In this document: in pieces, positions 35,975 through 42,479 of the stretch
Layout of the letters: each line of letters begins with the position of its first letter
Numbering within the stretch: position 1 is the first letter of the stretch
NCBI GenBank assembly: GCA_001029635.1
Contig: CP011209.1
Span: 941,969 to 984,447, forward strand
DNA: 42,479 nucleotides
Source: Candidatus Wolfebacteria bacterium GW2011_GWB1_47_1
GTDB taxonomy: Bacteria > Patescibacteriota > Minisyncoccia > UBA6257 > UBA9933
Direction of reading: 5' to 3'
The notes under the pieces: generated by a model
Seen by the model: only the letters and a program-made list of their open reading frames with translations
Databases searched by the model: none
What the model was told of the DNA's origin: nothing
Program-made: the position numbers and the translations under genes

Positions 35975-36002
35975 CCCGCCGCTTCTTGCGGCGGGTTTTT
36001 TC
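35975..36002 (+). terminator. Intrinsic terminator
   Basis: cccgccgc-ttctt-gcggcggg followed by ttttttc. Confidence 0.85.
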
Positions 36003-36059
36003 TTTTAGCGTAGGTGAAATCTATCGGCCCTATCCAATGATCTGGGATCTATATAGCCT

Positions 36060-36107
36060 GGATCCCGTGTTCCGCCAGCGGGCGGAAAGGCTTGGACACA
36101 GGATGAC
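36060..36107. repeat. GTCATYC-type hairpin repeat with a nested second hairpin in its loop
   Basis: ggatcccgtgt[tccgccagcgggcggaaaggcttgg]acacaggatgac. Confidence 0.6.
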
Positions 36108-36164
36108 ACCCTTTTTCGTTTTTTCCTTTTCCCCCGTTTCCTTTTCCGTTTTTCGCCCCCCGGG

Positions 36165-36193
36165 TTGACTAATTCCCTAAAACCCCCTATTAT
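36165..36193 (+). promoter_or_regulatory. Sigma70 promoter for rpmE, giving a leader of about 90 nt
   Basis: TTGACT-N17-TATTAT. Confidence 0.6.
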
Positions 36194-36283
36194 TCATTCA
36201 CTATCTGCCCAAGGCAGACAAGTTGATCGGTGCGATTCGGACCAGTGACGAACTGACGACGGCGACATCGATACACAATCATT

Positions 36284-36535
36284 ATGAAGGCAAAAATTCA
36301 CCCACAATACAATTCGACAGCAGAAGTTACCTGCGTATGCGGCAACAAGACTACTGTCGGATCGACCCAGACAAAGTTTGACGTCGATATCTGCTACAAC
36401 TGCCACCCGTTCTATACCGGAAAGGCAAAGGTTATGGATACCGCAGGACGCGTTGAGAAGTTCAAGGCCCGCGCAACCGCCAAGATTGAACCGGTCAAGA
36501 AGGTCCGCGTTTCCAAAAACAAAAAGGCTGAATAA
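36284..36535 (+). CDS. rpmE: 50S ribosomal protein L31 (Zn-ribbon type)
   Basis: MKAKIHPQY.., CVCG...[11 protein letters not shown]. Confidence 0.95.
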   Translation: MKAKIHPQYNSTAEVTCVCGNKTTVGSTQTKFDVDICYNCHPFYTGKAKVMDTAGRVEKFKARATAKIEPVKKVRVSKNKKAE

Positions 36536-36625
36536 GCCTTTTTTGTTTGCTATAGGCGCTCGCCTATATACCCTCCCGACAGATACTGAACCTATCTTTT
36601 TCCACTTTTTTTATAAATAGTGGAG

Positions 36626-36651
36626 CAAAAAACCGCTTGCGCGGTTTTTTT
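36626..36651. terminator. Bidirectional terminator between rpmE and the convergent SNF2 gene
   Basis: aaaaaaccgc-ttgc-gcggttttttt. Confidence 0.7.
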
Positions 36652-36690
36652 CTTCTCCAATACTACCGTTATCACACATATTATTCCTTC

Positions 36691-39600
36691 TTAATCAAAT
36701 AGTTCCCTGACTTCATCCCAGGTTAGCTTCTTGAACAGGTCATTGCTTTCATCTACCAGGTTATCAAACAGAAACTTTTTCTTTTCTTGAAGCTTCAGTA
36801 TCTTTTCTTCGATCGTACCCTTCGTAACTAGTTTATATACGTTCACTGAATTCTTTTGACCGATTCGATGCGCCCGGTCAATTGCCTGGTTTTCTACGCT
36901 CGGATTCCACCAGGGATCAAAAATGATTACATTGTCTGCTGATACCAAGTTTAGGCCAGTTCCTCCTGCCTTGAGGCTTATCAAAAATACTTTTTTATCC
37001 GGGTTTATGTTGAAATCATCCACCAACTCCTTTCTGTTATGCGTCTTTCCTGATAAATAATTAAATTCGATTTTTTTAGCCTTCATCTCTTTTGCCAAGA
37101 TATCAAGCATCGAAGTAAATTGACTAAACACAAGCACCTTGCGATTTGAAGCCATAACCTCATCCACCAATTCCATAAACAGATCCAGTTTTGCGGACTC
37201 GTATTTCCTATAATTCACATCCTTTAAAAGTAACGCCGGATGATTACACACTTGTCGAAGCTTCATCAGCGCCGCCAAAATATGGATTTGCGATTTCGCG
37301 AATCCTTTTTCTTTTACCGTATCAAAAATCTCTTTCTTGGTATTTGCGAGAATCTCCTGATACAGAATATTTTGATGGTCTCCCAACTGGCAATGGGCTA
37401 TTTGCACCACCTTCGGCGGTAGCTCTTTGAGTACGGCTGACTTAGACCTTCTTAGCATAAAGCATGATATCTTCCCCCGTAGGTCCGCAAGCGCTTCAGC
37501 ATCGCTTTGCTTCATAATCGGATTCTCAAACCTCGCCTTAAATGAACTATAATTACCCAAAAATCCCGGCATGACGAAATCAAATATGGACCAGATTTCA
37601 GAAATGCTATTCTCCAGTGGAGTTCCCGTCATGGCGATCCGATAATCCGCATCGATCTTTTTTACCGCCTTTGCGCTGAGCGTGCCCTGATTTTTTATGT
37701 ATTGTGCCTCATCTACGATGCAATAATTGAATTTCAGCGCCACTGCCGCATAGATATCGGCATCCTTTTTCAGTGCAGAAAATGAAGTAACCACTAAATC
37801 GTACTCGGCTGCATGTTTTATTTTTCCCTCCCGCTCCCTCGGCGCCCCGTCTACGACCAATGTCTTCAACTTGGGAAAAAATTTAGTCGCCTCATCCTGC
37901 CAATTAAACAACAATGTCTTCGGGCAAACCACGATTGTCGGCTTGCCTGCCTCCCTGTTCATATCTATAAGCAACAATGCTTGCAGTGTCTTACCTAAAC
38001 CCATATCGTCCGCCAGGATTCCGCCAAACCGATATTTACGCAAAAAGTAAAACCAGTTGATTCCCTCTTTCTGGTACTGTCGCAAGACCGCGCCCATTTT
38101 TTCAGGAATCTTTACATTCTCGACCGGCTTGCCCTCTTGCGCTTCGTGCATAAAAGAACGGAAGCCTTCGGAAACCCTCGTATTATAATAGTTCGACTCG
38201 GCTATCACGTTGCCCAACTCTGGAGCATGGTATGCCTTCCCCTCGAACCGCTGACCCTCCTTTTTATGAAAGCTTTCAAGCATATGGATGAATTTTTCCA
38301 ATTCCTCCCTGTTGGCAACCTTAAGAAGCCTGCCGTCTCCTGTCTTCAGAAATGCCCCCTCTCCTTCGACATATTTTCTTAGGTCCTCGAGTCCTATCTT
38401 ATCTTCACCGCAGTAACATTCGAAATCAAAAGCTAGTAGATCATTTTCGGTATTAAAATCAACGTTAATATCTGCTTTGAAGTTTTCTGTCGCACATTCA
38501 ATCTCGTCCCTCACAAATTCGATCGGATATCCCGCTTTTTTAAGGAAGGGCCAATTATTTTCCAAGTATGATGTCACCTGCCTACTCCCCTGCTTCTTAC
38601 AGGTAAGCGTCTTTGAAAATCCAAACCTATTATCACTACACAGCTTGCCGAACATTTCCAACTCTGTCTTTGCATCAATGAGCGCGTAGTCTATCACCTC
38701 TTTACTGATCCGTATCAGATATTTCTCACCACTTGGATTGAACCGCCGTTGAAAGGAGGTCCGTTCATTTTTCACACTGCGAAAACACGCCGTCCCTATA
38801 TCAACCTTTTCAAATCCATAATCCATCATTGCGACGACTTTTAGTTTTGCTTCTTGTGCATCAAAATCTACCACGATAACGGGCTTCACATTCTCCCACT
38901 TATGCATCGTCAGGTCTTTTGAAAACTCATGCTCCAGGGCAAAAATAGCCCCGGCATCCCTGATTAGCTCTTTACAATTTATTATTTCTTCTTCTCCCAA
39001 CCTCGTAGACCATCTTGATCTCCGCACCCCTTTCTGCATGCGATCTTCATACATTCCCATAAACATCCTCGCAAGGATCCCGGATAATAGTGGTGTCGAT
39101 GGATACATATTGATCTGATTATCTTCTATCGTTATCAGCCAATTATCGCTCGAAAACATTTTTACCGAGCGTTCGTCTCCTAAATTACCCTCGAGTGCCA
39201 ACGTGACGTTGTCTGCAAAAAGATCCCCGCCTTGCTGTGCCCCACTCATACTTTGCTTAAAAAAAATCTTTGCTTTTATTTCTGGGCGCATCTCGCTAAA
39301 CCTCAGTGCGTTACTCTTTGCCTTCCTTCCCCAATACATTCCAATGGAAGCTTTTTTTGTCAATTCCAATACGGTCCCTGCATCGATTGCCCCTTTTCGC
39401 CGTCCACCATCCAAATATTCGAGCAACTCCTTCTGATCCTCGTTCAAATTCCCTTCCTCCTTCCTTAGGATCTCTGAATAAGGGATGCCGTAATGATATG
39501 CATTCGCCTTCCCATCTGTTATTTCAAATCGTAGATCGCCAGTGTGATACCCTCGAGACAAGACAAGGCTATATTTCTCCTCAAACCGACTACTGCCGTA

Positions 39601-40110
39601 TGTCCCTGTAAAAAAATTACCCACCGGCGCAGTTTCGTACTCTTTTTTAGGATCCTCTTCTCGTTTTGTCTTGATAGACTTCAACACATCCACAAAAAAC
39701 ATGTCCATATCAAGGTCCGTGGAATCCAAAAGTCCGCTTTTTCTCATAAGAACTCCTTCCGCAGGCTCAGAATGATCACTCGCTAATCCTCCTTGCCGGC
39801 CATATAATTCACTACTATACTTCAGCCCCAACGCGACAGCGTGCTTACAATACCCCCACTCATAGGGACAACTGCACCTCACATTCAAAATGCCATCCTG
39901 CTCGGAAAACGTAAAGCTCGTCGAATACGCCTTCGTGCCAAATACCTTTGCCCGTACCCCCACGCTATCCGGCTTGCTAACCGTATATAGCTCTATTTCT
40001 CCCACCAGTCCATCCCGATAATAATTAAACCCTCTTGCATATACGCCTGGGTCAACTAATTTCCTTATTTCTCCCCTTATTGACTCCTTTGTACGGTATG
40101 GCACGTCCAT
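36691..40110 (-). CDS. SWIM zinc-finger / SNF2-family helicase (YwqA-like architecture)
   Basis: 1139 aa. N-terminal SWIM (CSCPYEWGYCKHAVALG), a long middle domain, SNF2 ATPase motifs (LRQYQKEG, LADDMGLGKT, DEAQYIKN) and helicase-C (GGTGLNL, DPWWNP..QAIDRAHRIGQ). Confidence 0.85.
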   Translation of the reverse strand: MDVPYRTKESIRGEIRKLVDPGVYARGFNYYRDGLVGEIELYTVSKPDSVGVRAKVFGTKAYSTSFTFSEQDGILNVRCSCPYEWGYCKHAVALGLKYSSELYGRQGGLASDHSEPAEGVLMRKSGLLDSTDLDMDMFFVDVLKSIKTKREEDPKKEYETAPVGNFFTGTYGSSRFEEKYSLVLSRGYHTGDLRFEITDGKANAYHYGIPYSEILRKEEGNLNEDQKELLEYLDGGRRKGAIDAGTVLELTKKASIGMYWGRKAKSNALRFSEMRPEIKAKIFFKQSMSGAQQGGDLFADNVTLALEGNLGDERSVKMFSSDNWLITIEDNQINMYPSTPLLSGILARMFMGMYEDRMQKGVRRSRWSTRLGEEEIINCKELIRDAGAIFALEHEFSKDLTMHKWENVKPVIVVDFDAQEAKLKVVAMMDYGFEKVDIGTACFRSVKNERTSFQRRFNPSGEKYLIRISKEVIDYALIDAKTELEMFGKLCSDNRFGFSKTLTCKKQGSRQVTSYLENNWPFLKKAGYPIEFVRDEIECATENFKADINVDFNTENDLLAFDFECYCGEDKIGLEDLRKYVEGEGAFLKTGDGRLLKVANREELEKFIHMLESFHKKEGQRFEGKAYHAPELGNVIAESNYYNTRVSEGFRSFMHEAQEGKPVENVKIPEKMGAVLRQYQKEGINWFYFLRKYRFGGILADDMGLGKTLQALLLIDMNREAGKPTIVVCPKTLLFNWQDEATKFFPKLKTLVVDGAPREREGKIKHAAEYDLVVTSFSALKKDADIYAAVALKFNYCIVDEAQYIKNQGTLSAKAVKKIDADYRIAMTGTPLENSISEIWSIFDFVMPGFLGNYSSFKARFENPIMKQSDAEALADLRGKISCFMLRRSKSAVLKELPPKVVQIAHCQLGDHQNILYQEILANTKKEIFDTVKEKGFAKSQIHILAALMKLRQVCNHPALLLKDVNYRKYESAKLDLFMELVDEVMASNRKVLVFSQFTSMLDILAKEMKAKKIEFNYLSGKTHNRKELVDDFNINPDKKVFLISLKAGGTGLNLVSADNVIIFDPWWNPSVENQAIDRAHRIGQKNSVNVYKLVTKGTIEEKILKLQEKKKFLFDNLVDESNDLFKKLTWDEVRELFD

Positions 40111-40254
40111 ATCAGAATCTATCAGAAGAAGGTATGATTTTCAATGCAATGCCACCGCTCGCCTTCACTCGAAGACTGCGACGAGGCAAGTAAGTCGATA
40201 TAGTATACTCTGTCTCAACAAAAGCCACTCATTTGAGCGGCTTTTGTTGTTTAC

Positions 40255-40575
40255 TTATACTGCCACACCAAATTTTTTTATTTCGTACGCCAACGGATCG
40301 GCATTGATAAAATCTTTTGGCGTATATGCAACAGGCTCAATACGGACGTCTACTTCTATAGCCTTCTCCCATAAATATGTTTCGTGTTTGTCTTTATTTC
40401 TGGTAAATTTATCCGACACTACACACACATCTATATCACTGAACTCTTTCATAACTCCTTTCGCGAATGATCCATAAATAATCATTTTTTTTACCGGAAA
40501 ATTATCACTTTCCAAAAGTGCTTTGTACCTGATTGCAACAGCTTTTGCCTCATTAAATGCTTTTGTATTTACCAT
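40255..40575 (-). CDS. Minimal nucleotidyltransferase (MNT-like), partner of the upstream HEPN protein
   Basis: YGSFAKG...SDIDVCVV, the Pol-beta NTase motif. It overlaps the HEPN gene by 7 nt. Confidence 0.8.
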   Translation of the reverse strand: MVNTKAFNEAKAVAIRYKALLESDNFPVKKMIIYGSFAKGVMKEFSDIDVCVVSDKFTRNKDKHETYLWEKAIEVDVRIEPVAYTPKDFINADPLAYEIKKFGVAV

Positions 40576-40964
40576 AATTTTTTAAACAATGCCTTTATCT
40601 TTTCGATTCTCGGCTTTGTATATTCGAGGTTACACAACTTATAAAATGACAATTTATAGTCAGGATATCTGGCATAAATATTGAACTTACTTACTTCAGC
40701 TAAAAACTCCCTATCTTCTTTTGAGAGATCAATCCCAGCGTCCTGCGCCAAAACAGAAAGGTTATGAATTGGTTTTGGATGCGCGCCTGTATTTTTCACC
40801 ACTAAAGCCTTTAGCGTCTTTTCTAAAACAAGATGCCCGTAAAACAGACTATCCGAATATCGTTTCAGCTTAAAAAGACCCACCATCGTTTCGTAGTCAT
40901 GTTTTGCAACGGTTTGCCAATAAACAACGGATTTTTTGACTTCTTGTTTAGTGAGATTAGACAT
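40569..40964 (-). CDS. HEPN-domain protein
   Basis: Start taken at MSNLTKQE (40964). It has a helical HEPN-like pattern (A..HLVLEKTLKALVV ... YARYPD). I could not find a clear Rx4-6H motif. Confidence 0.65.
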   Translation of the reverse strand: MSNLTKQEVKKSVVYWQTVAKHDYETMVGLFKLKRYSDSLFYGHLVLEKTLKALVVKNTGAHPKPIHNLSVLAQDAGIDLSKEDREFLAEVSKFNIYARYPDYKLSFYKLCNLEYTKPRIEKIKALFKKLW

Positions 40965-41029
40965 ACAATTTTGCGATAATTTCTTCACGGTCCATAGTGA
41001 AAGCATACCAGGTAAATCCTCTAATGCCA

Positions 41030-41079
41030 ATATTTACGTCTTGCAATGACGTAAATATTATCGACATCGCAAGTCGATA
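41030..41079. promoter_or_regulatory. Two inverted repeats upstream of the HEPN/NTase operon (candidate operators)
   Basis: IR1 is atatttacgtc-ttgcaat-gacgtaaatat (11-bp arms). IR2 is tatcgac-atcgcaa-gtcgata (7-bp arms). Both have related 7-nt spacers. Confidence 0.4.
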
Positions 41080-41112
41080 CTATTGCGTACCAAAAAACCG
41101 CGTGAGCGGTTT

Positions 41113-41655
41113 TTATTTTTCTTCATTATTAGTTTTACCCAATAAATCGTTTACAACCTGGTCATGTTGCTCTTCTTGAAAAAGTTCTCCTTTTGCCATA
41201 TCTTCAGCAACCTCCAATGCGTTGAGGCTCCATCGAAAACCCGTTATTCCTGTCTCAATAATTTTATTATATTTTGTTCCAATCCTATATGCATCTGTGG
41301 GTTCAATATCCTTTCCATCTACTATACATGACCAATTGTTATAGCCATCTTTGTTTATAACATAGACTTTATGTCCTTTTACTACCCCTTCTATGATAAA
41401 ACCATTTGAACCAACTGCCCTTTTCTTTAGATTTTTTAGATCATTTATATATTCAGCATCCGATGACCCAAACCTTTCTACGACTGTAGCCCTTACCTCA
41501 GAAGCTTTCTTTTGCTTTGGACCCATCTGTTCTTCTGCCTTATTTATTTCCTCTTGCGATGGTCTGTATCCCTCCATAGTCTTATAATAAGTAAAAATAT
41601 GTTCCCATTTTTCATGAGAATGCCGATGTTGTATATGCGACAAAATACATAACAT
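41113..41655 (-). CDS. Hypothetical protein. The start is uncertain: 41655 or 41577.
   Basis: The N-terminal 42 codons of the track ORF overlap prfA and its promoter, so they are unlikely to be real. No recognisable family. Confidence 0.4.
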   Translation of the reverse strand: MLCILSHIQHRHSHEKWEHIFTYYKTMEGYRPSQEEINKAEEQMGPKQKKASEVRATVVERFGSSDAEYINDLKNLKKRAVGSNGFIIEGVVKGHKVYVINKDGYNNWSCIVDGKDIEPTDAYRIGTKYNKIIETGITGFRWSLNALEVAEDMAKGELFQEEQHDQVVNDLLGKTNNEEK

Positions 41656-41683
41656 TGACCTTTCTTGTATTATAAGGATATAT
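41655..41683 (+). promoter_or_regulatory. Promoter placed for a leaderless or near-leaderless prfA mRNA
   Basis: TTGACC-N17-ATATAT. The -10 element ends 6 nt before the ATG at 41690. Confidence 0.45.
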
Positions 41684-41689
41684 ATATAT

Positions 41690-42433
41690 ATGCAAGGTGA
41701 ACTACAGAAAATAATTCTTGAAATACGCGCAGGTGCCGGGGGCGATGAGGCCGCGATCTTTGCGGGTGACCTGGCGCGCATGTATCAAAAATATGCCGCC
41801 ATTCGCGGGTGGAAATTTGCGGTCGAAGACTTCAACGCAGACACATTCGATGGCTATAAGTCGTTCGTTGCCACCGTCGAGGGGTCAGGCGCATTCGATG
41901 ACCTCAAACAGGAGTCTGGTGTCCATCGCGTACAGCGCGTGCCTAAAACGGAACGCCAAGGCCGCATCCATACCTCCACCGCATCCGTCTTGGTAATGCC
42001 AGAGGTCAAAGCAACAGAGGTCGAGATCCGCGAAGGAGACCTAGATGTATCCTTCTTCCGTTCTTCCGGCCCTGGCGGACAGAACGTAAACAAGGTAGAG
42101 ACCGCTGTGCGCATCGTCCACAAGCCGAGCGGTATCGTTGTCTCGTCGCAATCGGGACGCTCACAATTTGGCAACCGCGAAACGGCCATGGGCATGCTCC
42201 GTGCCAAACTCTATGATATCAAGATGCAAAAGGAAGCGGCCAAACTAGGCGCCTTGCGAGATGTGATCGGCACCGGAGATCGCAGTGAAAAGATCCGCAC
42301 CTACCACTTTCCCGATGACCGTATTACCGATCATCGTATCAACAAGAAGTGGCATAATGTCGAAAAGGTACTCGAAGGAGGCTTCCAACCGATTGTAGAT
42401 GCGTTTAGGGAGGCGGAGAAAATCGAAAAATGA
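41690..42433 (+). CDS. prfA: Peptide chain release factor 1 lacking the N-terminal domain (247 aa)
   Basis: ILEIRAGAGGDEAAIFAGDL, VHRVQRVPKTERQGRIHTS (the RF1-type PxT region), the SGPGGQNVNK GGQ motif and GDRSEKIRTYHFP..RITDHR. Confidence 0.85.
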   Translation: MQGELQKIILEIRAGAGGDEAAIFAGDLARMYQKYAAIRGWKFAVEDFNADTFDGYKSFVATVEGSGAFDDLKQESGVHRVQRVPKTERQGRIHTSTASVLVMPEVKATEVEIREGDLDVSFFRSSGPGGQNVNKVETAVRIVHKPSGIVVSSQSGRSQFGNRETAMGMLRAKLYDIKMQKEAAKLGALRDVIGTGDRSEKIRTYHFPDDRITDHRINKKWHNVEKVLEGGFQPIVDAFREAEKIEK

Positions 42434-42452
42434 AATATGAACCGTAGAAAAA

Positions 42453-42479
42453 CCCGTGCGCCTTTGGCGCACGGGTTTT
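42453..42479 (+). terminator. Intrinsic terminator after prfA
   Basis: cccgtgcgcc-ttt-ggcgcacggg followed by tttt at the window edge. Confidence 0.8.

Noticed and set aside
41113-41690. The missing RF1 N-terminal domain being encoded upstream in another frame (frameshift or pseudogene)
   Set aside because: An in-frame stop lies at 41615-41617, and no plus-strand frame upstream has RF-like sequence. The space is occupied by a minus-strand ORF and the promoter.
1-42479. CRISPR arrays, transposases, integrases and reverse transcriptase/DGR components
   Set aside because: I found no regularly spaced direct repeats of CRISPR type, and no ORF with DDE, tyrosine or serine recombinase, or RT motifs on either strand.

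Overview
The window is a gene-dense chromosomal segment, mostly minus-strand. It looks like a small-genome, Patescibacteria/CPR-like bacterium. That lineage call is an inference from a divergent 16S with mismatches at the usual universal primer sites, an unlinked 16S gene, a type IV pilus cluster and several oddly built housekeeping proteins.

Housekeeping genes:
- ileS (partial; absent from the ORF track because it runs off the left edge)
- a VKOR/DsbA disulfide pair
- class II ribonucleotide reductase
- ftsZ-ftsA, ybeY and an M50 protease
- a PHP-domain EndoQ-like protein
- recA, a RodZ-like protein and ftsK
- rnhB, miaA, gatB and tRNA-Gly(UCC)
- a pilM-to-pilA type IV pilus cluster plus a CheY-like receiver
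- a monocistronic 16S rRNA, rpmE, a SWIM-SNF2 helicase, a HEPN/nucleotidyltransferase pair and a short RF1

Main observations worth follow-up:
1. Three copies of a 139-bp long-hairpin element, all exactly the same length, with conserved ends and internal loops and covarying stems (30627, 31476, 34646).
2. An in-frame histidine-phosphatase domain of about 195 aa inside IleRS.
3. A 16S 3' end with no CCUCC anti-Shine-Dalgarno sequence, alongside housekeeping genes that lack SD motifs.
4. Six self-contained small-gene cassettes, visibly GC-richer, each with a terminator; three share a promoter family and five carry near-identical AAGGAG-N-ATG initiation regions. One pair shares a perfect 46-bp promoter repeat.
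5. A 23-bp duplication of the tRNA-Gly 3' end (att-like) next to an orphan GC-rich ParB-like gene.
6. An RF1 lacking its N-terminal domain, with a promoter placed for a leaderless mRNA.
7. A dispersed GTCATYC...GRATC hairpin repeat family, including one copy in-frame inside a gene.

I saw no CRISPR array, transposase or integrase. All homology calls come from motif recognition by eye, not from searches.
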